Of a DNA stretch of 64,000 bases, positions 40,526 to 53,444 are shown one piece after another. Made by a program: the position numbers and the translations under genes. The DNA is from Nageia nagi (Eukaryota > Plantae > Pinophyta): NCBI GenBank assembly GCA_050084985.1, contig JBITNC010000001.1:89776001-89840000 (forward strand), read 5' to 3'. The notes below the pieces were generated by a model that was not told where the DNA came from, made no database searches, and was given only the letters and a program-made list of their open reading frames with translations. The number at the start of each line of letters is the position of its first letter. Within the stretch, counting starts at the first letter, position 1.

Positions 40526-43500
40526 AAATCTTACCAAGTAACACAATATGTGGTTTGTTAGGATTTTCACCAATGTCAACCTCAATGGTTTCTTCAATGA
40601 GCATGTGAGAACTATCATTTAATTATGAAGGTAAAGGTAACACATTTAGTTCATCTTCCTCATATTGTGAATTATATTTACCAAAATATTCTTCCATGTT
40701 TAAGATAGTGTTCTCTTAAGTGTCCAAATGAAAATAATATTGTCCAAAATAAGCTTCCATATTTAAAAATGAAGGATAAAGATCCATATAAATGAAGGAA
40801 GATGAATATAGCCTCCAATAAAATTAACTATGGACTCATCACACGGAAAATAATTAAGATAAATAGGATAATTTAAATAGAAAAATCAATTTGTTCAACA
40901 TAAAGAGGAATTTTATATAAACCATCATTTGAAAAATAAGTCAAAGGTATAAACAAATCCATAGATATAGTAAAATAGAAAATGCAACACTTGGATCACA
41001 CATGAAAAAATTGACATGAAATAATTCCTCCACATAAACACTTGCAAACTCTTGAATAAATTCCCCATAATCAAAGTTTAACATGAAAGGTGGAGGGGAT
41101 GAAGTAATATCATAATCAAGGGGCATGTTATCACATACCACCTTTTCATATTTCTTATGCTTCAATTAAGAAGGTAGATTATCAACCAATGAAAATTCTA
41201 ATTGCTTTGCAGGGTTTGAATGAGATGCCTTAGCAATTTGAACTTATGTTGATGAGGATAAAGGTAACCCTCATAAGAGTTGATAATTATTTTTCTTAAG
41301 TATCAATACCCTAGAATCTTATCTATTACTATTTAAATTTAAAAATATATTTATGTATATTTGAACTATAGAAAATATAATAGATAAAGATTTAAAAAAA
41401 TAATAATAATCTAACCTAAGAATCTAAACCTAATTCTACCTACTAGTTCACTTACAATTTCCTAAGGCGGACCTCACCATAGTCTTTTGATATGAAGCAA
41501 GGTTCATTTTAAGAAAAAATAATAATTTCAAATTATATAAAAAAAGGCTATTCTGATTTACTTCTGAGTAGTAGGTTGGCTATTCATGTAGAAGTGTATA
41601 TAGTAAAAATAGCTGTTCCAAAAACCAAAAAAAAAAATTATGGAAAAAAGGCGATTCCTAAAAATAAATTTTTCCTAAATATAAGAGTGAGAACAATTCA
41701 TATCATTGTAAGATTCAATTACTCAATTTATATATATTTACTTATATATAAACTTTTATAGGTCCTACAAATCAATGGATCTAAAATCATGATAAAAGAT
41801 TCCATGTAAATTATTGTGAAATGAGTTGCACACATTAGCATATGTTTTTTTCGTAATAGTTCAAAGAATGATTGCAATAAAAATTTTGGGGGTTGAGAAA
41901 AGACAATGATAGAGTAAAGATTAAGAATACAAATCAACTTCCACTTATATATAAGTTTCACATTGTAACTGTGTCCAACCAAAAACCTTCAAATCCATCT
42001 CAATGATCATTAGATTATAGTTTAGAAGATAAAAAAAGATGGTATCTAATTACAAAAAAAAAAAAAGAAAAAGAAATTAACATTCTTGTGAATCTTAATA
42101 CAACCAAAGCATTACATGTATTTTAATCCATAATCATCAAACAACACATAAATAATTTTTTTGTTCAAAACAAAAAGTAGTTACAAATTACAACTACGAT
42201 AGGAAACATGGCCTTTTTCCTAATTAAATTAAATGCCAACCAATGACAACTGTTATATAAATCTTTATTTTCTTTCATGGTCATGTCATATGGTTTTTCT
42301 CCCATTAATTCTTTTGAATATTCATTAGAAGAGATTAGATATTATTGATCATGGTGCTCTCCATTACTCTATAGTTGATCATGCATAGAATGTGTATCAG
42401 AATCATCTTCTATAGAAAAAACTTGAATTAGTTATTTATTTAAAATTTAAGAAAGTTTATAATAGCACAAGATGCTAAATATACACATGATGTCCATAGT
42501 TTGACTCCATATTGATTCCATTGATATCTTGAACATACAAAAAATAATTCCAATTCAATATTATACCACAAACATATCTAGAAATTTGAGGGAATAATAA
42601 CTGCTGAATCATATTATAATGAGAATAACATTGTTTATATGATCAATTTAACACAAGGAATAGATAAAATGAAAACTAGTTTTATGAGCTTTACCATAAT
42701 AGAATTTGCTCCAAAGAAAAGCACTCTAGATCAGCCCAAGGAAACACAATTTGAAGGAGTCCCTACATTGTAAAAAATGACATGAATTGGATCAATGAAG
42801 ATAAAATTACTTTTAAAAAAGGTTTAATAAAACATTATAACTATTAATTATGATAATAAGGCATGGGAAAATTAACAACATGGGCTTCATAAATGTTTGT
42901 TGCCTTATTCAAATAAGGAAAATAAAATGAAACAAGTAATTTGATTTTGTACAAGAGTTGTCTTAACAATAAAATCAACAAGCCCTCAAGGTACTTTATC
43001 ACAACATTTCAATTAGAGCCAAAAAAGGATGTAGAATAAAAGCATGTAAAAACTACAAAATTTATCAAAGGGAAAAATTATACTTGTTGCAACTCTTAAA
43101 TTATAATATAAAAAGAAACAACTCTAGACCTTATTTAATCATCTACAACTTGTTCTAATGGATTCCAACAATTTGTAGTTCATTGTTGCTATTCATAAAA
43201 TGAAAATCAACAATAGGATTTGGTTTATATAATGTAAAATTTGGTCATATCAAGGCCATTTTAAATGTACAAGTAATGAGAGTGAAGATATCATATATTT
43301 ATAAGAACAAAAAGGATCCTCTAATTTCAAAGCCACAAAATATGAATCCATGGAATTGCATTAGTTTTCACTAAAATTCAAAAAGAGCCCAAAAGTATGA
43401 ATAAACAAATACAAAAATAGAAGTATCCTATAATTTGACATTTGTACAGGTTCCAATGGTATAATCAAATACAAATTTAAATACATAAAGGGTCAAATCC

Positions 43501-44059
43501 CAAATCAAGGTTCAAAAGTCTTAGCATTCATGTGCAACCATGTAAACCTTAAGCCAATATTCTGGTATCCAAATTTAAACATCAAAAACACTTCAAGAAA
43601 TAGTCTTCTTTTGAAGAATGACCATATGTTATGACTACAATTGGGATTATACAACATAAAGTTTCATAATTGTATTCTACTTGGGAATCCAACTTTTATT
43701 TACAATATAAAAGTGACATTAGATCTTGAATGGTTCAAGTTTCAACATGGACATGCTTACACTCTCTTGACACCTAATCTATATTTGTAATAGATAATAT
43801 TGAGTTATAAGAATTACTAGGCTATTTTAATGTGTAATGAATCATTTAAAAGAAATAGGACATTCAACAATAAACATTATAAGCACTAATAAGCTCTACA
43901 TGTCAATGATGTATTTTAAAATGAATTTGATTGCTGGAGAGAACATATAGTAATATTTAATATGTATAAAAAATTGAATGAATTGGGCATAAGTAAATTC
44001 ATTTAAGAATAAGATTACTATCATTATCATCCCCTTGATTTTCTCCATTTTAACCTATT

Positions 44060-44430
44060 ATTGATGCATCTTGTCAAATAATTATCGAGCCTTGTGTACT
44101 CTTTCACATTTTCCATACATGACTATTAGGGCATTCAAAACCACAATATTTGATGAAAAACCATTTTAAACTACTCTTTGATGGATGTCCATACCTTCTT
44201 CAAGAACTCCCATGGTGGGAAATGTTGGAAGAAAGTTGGAAAAGGTTATGAAGTCTCTCTTTACACCTAATAATTGCATTTTCTTAAAAGTCTCTAGGGA
44301 TTTCTCAAAAACCCCATTTTGTGCATATCTTACGATCATGCATCTTATCAAACAATTCTTGGGCCATGTGTATTCTTCCACATTTTGCATACATGTCTAT
44401 CAAGGCATTCACAAGTATCTACATATTTCT
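44060..44430 (-). pseudogene. PLS-class pentatricopeptide repeat gene fragment
   Basis: MIVRYAQNGVFEKSLETFKKMQLLGVKRDFITFSNFLP..MGVLEEGMDIHQRVV*NGFSSNIVVLNALIVMYGKC..AR*LFDKMH, with stop codons. Confidence 0.9.
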
Positions 44431-44961
44431 TCCTTTGAAAGCCTCTTCTAGTAAAATTTATGAACAATAGAGTATAAAATATAAGAAAACATAAAGTTAG
44501 ATATTCTCATTTATATAAGATCGATGATTAGAAGTTGCATGATGGACATGATATGATCTTGGAGAGATACTTACATTTATTTGATACATCAAATGCTAGT
44601 ATGATTATTGATGTTATCAAATAGAATTCCAAGTATGATATGTTTGCATGATCACCTTTTTAGGAAGCCAGTAACATCAGCATGAGCATATTGTAATATA
44701 AAAGCCTTCACTAAAATTATTTGTTTAGAGGTATGATTCTTGATACATACATATAATATGTGATTATGAAATAACCTTAAGTGTAAATTCTTATATGTAA
44801 TTTTGTGCTCATTTTATTAAATGTTTAAAATATTTTCCTAAATTTTTAACTATTTTCATTATACATATTTATCTTTTCCTTATTTAAAATGATATTTATG
44901 TTTGATTCAAAAGTGAATCAAAAATATCTTGTTATGATTAACCATGATCTATAAAATGCAG

Positions 44962-45148
44962 GCTCTTCAACATTTCCAAATTATACTCTTAGATGGGTGC
45001 ATGTCAAGGACATTGCCAACACACACATTGTAGCCTTTGAAGTGTCATTAGTAAATGGAAGATATGTTTTAGTTGATAAGGTTGCTCACTTAACTGAAAT
45101 AGTGAATATATTGAGTAGACTATATCTAAGCAGTTCACTTCCAAAAAC
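44962..45148 (+). pseudogene. Orphan exon of a CCR/DFR-like NAD(P)-dependent reductase (phenylacetaldehyde reductase type)
   Basis: After a tgcag acceptor, an open frame reads SSTFPNYTLRWVHVKDIANTHIVAFEVSLVNGRYVLVDKVAHLTEIVNILSRLYLSSSLPK. The donor is mutated to ATAAGT. Confidence 0.82.
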
Positions 45149-46276
45149 ATAAGTATGGCTAACAATTATGCAATAGCTTTCATGTTTGTTTTTTCTTACA
45201 TTTTATAAATTATGATCGCAACCATGAAAAGTTGCATTGAATTTATAATCTAATATATGCTACAATCAAATCGCTAGTATTTTTATGGAATGCCTTCTCA
45301 TTGTAGCAGTTGTGGTAAAAAGATGTAATATAAATGTTCTTGCATTTTTTTTTCTTTTATGCTTTGTATTTTGTTTCTCAAATCTCTATATATGAGATCT
45401 TATAGAGTGTGTTGTATGAATAAAAATATATGTTTTTTCTTGGATAAAAACCAAATTGAAGTCTTAATACTATGTTTTAGTTGTTTATATTAGAGTTTCA
45501 TGTTATTGATAGCAAACACTTTTAAATGTATAAATTCTATATCAACTATGAGTTGAGATCACTCAAACATGTAGTCATACTGACTAAAGAGCATAATCAA
45601 ATGATGGTACTAGAATAGTTTTTTGGATATGATTATTACAAAAAATGAACTAGATCTTTTTTCATGTCATATTTTGCTTTTAAATAGTGTGTTTGTTAAG
45701 GCCAAGTTTCAAGTTTAGGAAAGGATGCTAGTGATTTTGTAGTCTACAAATAAAACTAGTTTTAACTTTTAAATATTATTGAATAATTGATGACACCTAT
45801 AAATACTTCTAGTTTACTTTTCCAATTAATAATTGTTGATAGTAATAATAGGCATCATAGTTACAGCTAGTGCATTCAGAAGGCCAAAAGAGTTCAAAGC
45901 TATAATTTTTTTCAATGTGGTTTGGTTCAGTTCAAAAAAAATGGATAATACATACACAAATTATTTTGAATAAAACATATTCAAAGTAACAAAAGGCTAA
46001 AGTTTAAACATATGTTTAAAATTCAAACCAATAATATCTGTATCTCTTAAATAATTATTTCAAATATTTAGCATAATATTATTTTTCAATTTTAGTGTTT
46101 AAACTTCATGCTTCAAGAATCTAAGATCAACATTAGATAATAAAACTACTAAATGTTTGCATAATCAAAACCTACATCAATATGAAAATCTAATCTATCA
46201 TTAACTCTTATGTTTGTCAGATTATCTCATCCTCTCAACATGATTATCATCTTCAAAGCTTGGTTCTTCAAGAAGG

Positions 46277-46462
46277 ATGTATGCATTCACAACCCCAATA
46301 TTTGATGAAAAACCATTTTCAACTATTCTTTTATGGATGTACATACCTTATTCAAGACCTTCCATGGTGACACATATTGGAAGAAATATGGAAAAGGTTA
46401 CGGAGTCTGGATTTACACCTAACAATTACATTTGCTTAAAAGTCTCCAAGAACTTATCAAAC
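46277..46462 (-). pseudogene. Second PLS-class PPR fragment, paralogous to 44060-44430
   Basis: DKFLETFKQM*LLGVNPDSVTFSIFLPICVTMEGLE*GMYIHKRIVENGFSSNIGVVNA; the DNA is clearly similar to ~44135-44310. Confidence 0.85.
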
Positions 46463-47780
46463 TCTAGTTCTGGGTGGGTACATTCGGAACATTAACCTTA
46501 CTTGAGCAAATGGTAGCTATGTGAATTGACTTGAACAAGAACCTTACTCTTAAACCTAAAAATGATTTTACAATCGATGATGTAAAAGATATTAATAAAA
46601 TTAATGTAGGGTATTTATTTGTATTATTTTTACTAATCATAATATTGTTAACAATATTACGATGTTGTAGATAGTATAGGTATCTTCTTATTAAGATTTA
46701 TTATCTCACCTTTCTTGTTATATACATTATAGAAACTCCTTTAGGCCATTGAGAAATTGGAAGAAAGATAGAATGTTGTGTTGGTTATTCATGGAAAAAG
46801 AAAGTGTGTTTCAGTTGTAGATATATATTTTGTTGAGACAACAAGGATGATCTTGATTGTTAGTCTTACTATTGTGAACATCATGTTTGTAACATTATAT
46901 ATACTCCATAAGTATTTTATTTGCATAATCAAAAATATTTTGTAATGTTCTTGAGATCCATATGAACTCATGATACTCAAAATTGTATGAACATCAGTGA
47001 ACTATTGTAGTGTTTATATACATGATAAAGAGAAACTCTTTCATTATACTATGTCTACTTTCTTTTTTTATGGCAATAGATTGAAAAGGGAATTTAGGTT
47101 AGAATTTAAAAGTACCACTCGAATTCATTATGTAGAGTTATTTTGAAGTAATGATTATCATAAGGGTTGTGGTGCTATTTTATTTAACCTCTAAAATCTA
47201 AAATGTTTATGGTTAATAAGTTAGTTTAGCATTACATCATTGAGTACACAACTTGTTTTCACTTATGACTTTAATATTGGTAATTCTTACCTATCTCTAT
47301 AGTTATAATGAGTTGTACCAAGATAGAATTCAGGATTTGAAGTAGAACATTTGTAAAATGCTACGATTATGTATGATAGGATAACAATACCTCATATCTT
47401 TTCTTACCATTTTTAAATACCATATTACTATGTAATTAAAGTATAATTAAAGACTAAATTAGGTAAGATGCACTATGATAATTAGAACATGAAATGGCAT
47501 GTGTACTAAGATCATTAAGATTAAATGAATAAGTATACAAGTTATGGCAATTATTTACATGAAAGGAATTATTAGAGCTCCTGATTAATTTATGGGTTTC
47601 TTAACAATAAAACTTGCACCAAACCTTGAATGTTGAATAACACACCCTTTTTACTCTCACTCATAGAAATTGTTACCATAATAGTAGTGACCTAGTACAA
47701 TGATAAGTGGATTTGTACCAAGATTGAACAACAATGCAAAATATGTATATGGTGTCCTATTAAGTAAATAAAGTGGTATT

Positions 47781-48313
47781 TGTTAAGTGATTCCAACTTG
47801 AACCATATAATTGATAGAATTGAACTATAACATGAACAATCCTAAACTACCAAGATCACATGAAAGCTCTCAATTCACATCTAACTATCACACAAAGCAA
47901 TCTCAAAATGATAACACAAGATGTAAGTGGTTCCTGTAATTAGGAGTACATCCACTAACTAGATATTTACTTCAATCACAAATACAACTCTCTTTCAATC
48001 CTCCTAATCTTATCTCCTACACTTCTATCCTATAACATAACTTTACTCCACAATTGGTGTGTAATCACAAAGAGGGATCCTTCTATTTATAGGCCAAAAT
48101 CCCTCTTTGGATGACCCTATTATCCAATGTACAAAATCATGACATGCACATCTTTTTATCCAAGGGGCATGCTCATGACATGGAGTGTAGGACAAGTAAC
48201 ATTATCATATTCACTTAAATACTTAAGGTATCAAATGATAACCTTAAGTATTAGTGAACTTACATAGAAGATTTAATACAAACCTTTACAATAATGCATT
48301 ATACATTCCAACA
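47781..48313 (-). mobile_element. Probable solo LTR (533 bp)
   Basis: TGTT...AACA termini and a minus-strand TATA (ctatttatagg on +, ~48083). Flanks gtatt/ataat give only a partial TSD match. Confidence 0.6.
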
Positions 48314-48539
48314 ATAATAAACTATCAAAAATCTTGAGCCATCAGTGAATCATGATTATGACTAAATTGATGAATGAAATAACCTCATCGATATAGCTCA
48401 TTGTGACTACAACACTATTTTTAATAATGAAATAAGTTGGTTTGACATATTTTGATTTGCATTCATTTACATATCAAGAAAAAATTATGGTTCAATTCAA
48501 ATATTTCAAATATATCTTGTTAAGAAGATATTTGAATTT

Positions 48540-49850
48540 TGGTATCAGATCCCATGTTCTTAAAATTTTTCTTGAAATCTAAACCTTGGTTACCAGGAAC
48601 TACTTTTTTTGTAGAAGAAAATGGTGGACACACGAATGGTCAAATTTGGAAATAGGGGCCTAGGGAGGGCTAGAAGAGAGGGTGGTAAAATAGGTAGAGG
48701 TAGGCATAGGAATAATATTTCTAATCTTAGTAAATCATAATCTAGCTCAAGTACTCCATAGTCTAACTTGGAAGATAACCCTGAACCTCTTGTACAATCA
48801 TCTCATCAAAATGATGAAATGACCATGGAACAAATGAGGAAACAACTATAGAAGAACCAAAACTCATTGCTCAATTTCTAAGTGCTCAACCAAGGTAGAG
48901 TAAGGGATATCTAAAAACCTCTTAGTACAATAGAGAAACTAAGATACAACTAAATTAACTAAAGACTAAAGATAGTTTTAGCTATCAAAATTCAATGACA
49001 GGAACCCAAAAGAAGTTGAAAGGTGGTTAACTAAATTGGAATCCTACTTTGCTATAAAAGGGTACAGGGATCAAAATAAGGCCATAGTTGCAACACTTCA
49101 CTTTTGAATGGTGGACCACTTATCTATCTAACGCATCGAAGCTACTTGTGGATGTGAGTTGGGTAGAGTTCATAAAATTCTTTAAGAAGAGATATTTGTC
49201 AAACTAGTTCTATGCTAAAAAGCAAAATGAGTTCTTCAAAATAGAATAAAAAATTTCATCAATAGAGGGTTACTACCAATAATTCATTAAACTTTTGAAG
49301 TATATGCATGAGTTTCAAGAGAAAAATGATAAATTAAAGACCCACATATTTATCTTGGGATTGAAAACTTGGATAGGGATTGCTATAAATCTACACAAAC
49401 CTACATCAATTTAAGAATCTTATGAATTAGCAAAGCAAGAAGAGGTAAATCTAGTCCCTAGGAGGATTGCATCGGAGCATTACCAAGCTACTAAAGCTGA
49501 ATAGAAAAATTAGGATAAAAAAAACTACTAATCAAAACCATTGGACTAACAACCAAAAGAGAAATGATAAACAAAGAAAAGCACCTATGAACCAATAGAG
49601 TAAGGGTGGGAGGAAGCATTCTTAAGAAATTGAACCTGGAAGGGATACAAAAAGAAACGAGCCTAATGAACCCTCAAGGGAATCAAGGAATTCAAATAGG
49701 TCCAATTTTCCAAAAGCTGGATGTTTCCTATGTGGGGATAAACATTAAAAATCCCAATATCCAAATAAATAAGGCTTTAATGAAAATCCAAGGGACAATC
49801 ACCATATTTCTACAGTCTCTGGTAATGTAAAAGCAGGTTGTTAAAACTCC
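48540..49850 (+). mobile_element. Gypsy (chromovirus-like) PBS plus gag fragment
   Basis: PBS TGGTATCAGATC at 48540; EVERWLTKLESYF, EWW, VSWVEFIKFFKKRYL, KKQNEFFK, and a degenerate knuckle CFLCGDKH. Confidence 0.8.
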
Positions 49851-49914
49851 CAAGTTCAAATCTAATTTATATTTATGGGTATTTTATATTTGTTTTTATA
49901 TTCATTTTGCCTTG

Positions 49915-49975
49915 AGAAATGGTGAGGAGGGAAATGGATGGTGTGTTGATAATGATGAATATGTTCTTGGTCCAT
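49915..49975 (+). pseudogene. Short copy of the LRR-RLP start region
   Basis: agaaatggtgaggagggaaatggatgg is identical to 53459-53485, with diverged similarity for about 30 bp more. Confidence 0.8.
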
Positions 49976-50399
49976 GTAATTTATTTAGGGATAGCTCCAT
50001 GTAATTATAGATAAGAACATAGTTGATACATTCAATAATAATATACTTGATGAATAGAATAATGGTATACAACAAGAGAAGATTGGACAGAAGAGGAGCA
50101 TGTCATTCAAATATAAGTTATGAGAAAGTTGGCATCTATAAAATAATATCTTTAAGCAAATCAATTACTAAGAAGTATTAGTTGGTATTTGAGTTATTTG
50201 ATATGTTGAGTTTTGAAAGAGTGTAGAGAATAAATAAATTTGCACATTTTTGATTAAGACATTAGAAAGGAAAAGAGAAAGCTGATGATATACCAAATTG
50301 AAAATTATAAGAAATTATACCATTAAAACCTTAATAATTTCCATATCCATAAAAGCAAGTTTCTCAAGTAAGACGAGAAGTAAAAAATAATGTAAGCTA

Positions 50400-51550
50400 C
50401 AAGGAGATACAACAAGCTATTTGAGAGTTACCTATAAGCATGGATATAAAGGATAAAGTAGTTAATTAATCCAACCCATTTTGAGCAAGGATTAAACACA
50501 AGCAATATGATGGTAAGGAAATCTAATTTATAAAATACCTTACTGAAAAAAAAAATCCAATTTATAAAATATAAAGGTACAGTCCCATAGATCTTATAAC
50601 GTTATGTGAAGTTCAAACATCTTTGGATGCTCATGATGATGACTTGATGGAAAAATTATTTATTTTTCATCTAGAAGGAGAAGCATTGAAATGATTAAAT
50701 AATTTATTGAATGCAAGTATTAATAGGTTTAGAAATAAGTGCAAGCTTGTAAAAAGAAATCTAGAATGTGCAAATGTTCAACCTTGTAATATAAATATAT
50801 GATGGATCTTGTATAACTCAAATAGAAAGAAAATCAATCTTTACATGTTTTCATTAAAAAATAGATGAATATAGCTAATATGTTGGATATAAACGATCAT
50901 GTGAAGAAGAACATGTTGATAAGGGAAATCTTATTTAGTGGTAAAAGGTTATTATGAGATCATATCAATTTATCTTTTGAAGAAATGGTTGGAAAAATAT
51001 CCAAAAAGAGGCTATGCTCATAAGGTTGGAAGTTTAGAAAGAAAATGAAGGGAATAAGGGTAGCTAAAGTTAAATTCAAAGAAAAGATATAATAGTTTCA
51101 AGCTAAGAAAAAGGAAAAACCTATTACTATTGCAATTGATAAGATTAGTCATAAAATATACAAGTAGAAGAATACAAACCTAAGAGAAAATTTACTCCAT
51201 TTTTAGAGAACGTGTTGAATGCAATTGTGGATAGGGATCTACTTCAACTACCTCCTACGAAAGAAAGTAAGTTTCCAAATGGTATTCCTAATGATTTTCG
51301 GTATAAATATTTTTTCAACTATCATCAAAATTTGGGGTACCTCACAAAATATTGTTCAACTTTGAAAAGGTCTAAGATTCAAGATCTCCATGATGAAGGT
51401 AATATCTTTTTTTTATCATCATGAAGTAGTGGATAAGGACAATCTAATGCATTCTCAAAATCAAAATTTGGGCATTTATGAAAATCCTTTTTCACAATTG
51501 GTGCTTTAGCAAGAAGATGATGATGTGGTAGGTTGCATTCAAGCTCAAAT
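50400..51550 (+). mobile_element. Tat/Ogre-type gag fragment, highly degenerate
   Basis: DDDLMEKLFIFHLEGEALK*L (~50640) and FNYHQNLGYLTKYCSTLKRSKIQDLHDEG (51212-51424). Confidence 0.7.
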
Positions 51551-52799
51551 GTATGTACATAAATTCATACTTGCAAAAAAAAATGTTAGTACCAACTTTT
51601 CATACTATACTAAAATTCAAAGCTAAAATTGATATGGTGCTAGATAGTGATGGTCTTTGGACCATACTCTATGTTAGTAGTTTTTACCTTTTTATTTTTT
51701 ATTTTCTATCTTGCATTTAATTTCTTACTTATGTACTTGTGTGTATTTTAATGAAAAACCATTAATAAGAAAATAAAAAAGAATATTTTGAAATGGATTA
51801 TGTGCATGGTAAAAGGAATAGGAAAAAGTTAAAAATAGTTCAATAATAATTCTCTATCACCATGTCTTTATTGACAATCGTATAGAAAAGGATTGTAATA
51901 ATAGAGAACAAGTTTTACATTCCACACGCAATTTTGAAATCTAAGGTTATTTTGTAACATATGTAAGAAGGGTATTTTATTGTTCCATGAAAAATAGTAA
52001 GGTGTTTAGTATCAAGGGTTGTATGTCGTCATACCTTGAGAATAGAAAATTGAAAAAAAAATCAAATTATTTGGATTATCTTGTGTGTTTATTAAGTATG
52101 TTTCTAAATAAATATCACGCTTGTGTATGCCCTCTTCTACATTTGCATGAACTTGTAAATCTATGTACATTCTTTATCATATGTGCTCAATCTCACTTCC
52201 AATGTTTTCGTTATTCACTTAGTTTCTTGAAGTTCATTATGAAATATAGAGAGTCAATAAGATATTTCAATTTAGTGTTGATTGTATTCTTTTCCTATTA
52301 AAACTTTTTCTTACATCTTTGCCATCAATCAAATCACATTTGCATAAATAATATTAACTGTATAACATCAATTTTTATAATTCAAACTACTATCAAAATG
52401 GTAGGATTTCATTAAAATTATGAGCATCTTTATTTTTGGTAGCTTTTAAATGGAATTCCCTAATAACCTTTATTAACTTGTGGGATCTCACATAGTTATT
52501 AAGGTTTACACATAACATGTAAAAAATCTATAATATCCTAAAAGTTTAGATTTGACTAAAGGATAATATATGGACAAGTGATACATAAATCAATTCTCTT
52601 TGCTATCTTGTAATTTTATATTACATATCTAAGAGTAATTAATTACAATTCACATAATATGATTGTATATTTTTGAAATACTACTTATCTACTAATATAC
52701 ACAAAATGCAATATGAAAAGTTGATTTAAAAGTTATTATTATTTGAATTTATAATTGTAAATGCTTAAATTTGATACTTAACTAAATTTAGTATCTTCT

Positions 52800-53430
52800 C
52801 TATGTTTATATACTATTTTAAAAATGCTTATTGTATGCTATTTTTATAGTTAAAATAATACTTGAATTGACTTTTCACAATAATATGTCCTTAACAACTT
52901 TTTACTTTAAATTAATCAATTAATTTTTTTTAATGAAATCCGATATATTGCTTTGTCAAAATCAAATATTGCTATATAATATTTTAAACATACTTGCTGT
53001 ATACTAATTTTATAGTTAAATGGATTGCTTCGTAAAAATCAACTAATGTTTTACCGATTCAAACATTGCTATATACTATTTTAAAAATACTTATTGTATA
53101 CTAGTTTTATAGTTAAAATAAAATTTGAATTGACGTCTGACCCTTACCAACTTTTAAGTTGTTATCAAATGACATCTGTGCTGATGAAGTCTACCTTGAA
53201 TTATTTCTACGCGTGACTTCATACGCATCTCTAAATAACTATTAACTATCATTAATAATTATATCTTTGCACATGAACTATTAACTATCATTCTTTCTTT
53301 GTCTTCCCCGTAATTACGTTAATGTATAGAAGACTTGATAAAATATGAAAGCTAATGAATTCCATTTGCTTGCAAAGCCAATAACCATCACAATTAAAAT
53401 TCTACCAATCTTCAGACATCCTATAAATTT
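52800..53430 (+). promoter_or_regulatory. RLP promoter: three ~60-bp repeats, W-box cores, TGACG, ACGCGT (CAMTA-type) and TATA
   Basis: tatactattttaaaaat..ttattgtat..tttatagttaaa at ~52809, ~52974 and ~53071; TTGACT 52867; TTGACG 53130; ACGCGT 53209; CTATAAAT 53421. Confidence 0.55.
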
Positions 53431-53444
53431 GGAGGCCCTCCAGA

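Larger units (their letters stand above)
32189..41300 (-). mobile_element. Degenerate Tat/Ogre-Retand-type Gypsy element (RT-RH-aRH-INT), with probable 3' LTR at ~32189-34281
   Basis: Minus strand: EETIEVDIG..PHIVLLGKIL (40604-40525) continues into TKE (38476); RT GFSGYNKI..KTTFITPWGTLYYKVMPFGLKNA; aRH ITLYFDGSKCEQGGG (~37040); INT CGGHFSG, PFSQWGLDLVG. A PPT-like CCCCAAAGTGGGCTA lies at ~34283-34297. Confidence 0.88.

Noticed and set aside
41300-44050. Short ORFs in the AT-rich interval
   Set aside because: Low complexity with no recognisable motifs.
46960-46980. Minus-strand PBS-like TGAGTATCATGAG
   Set aside because: Too degenerate, and no recognisable gag follows.
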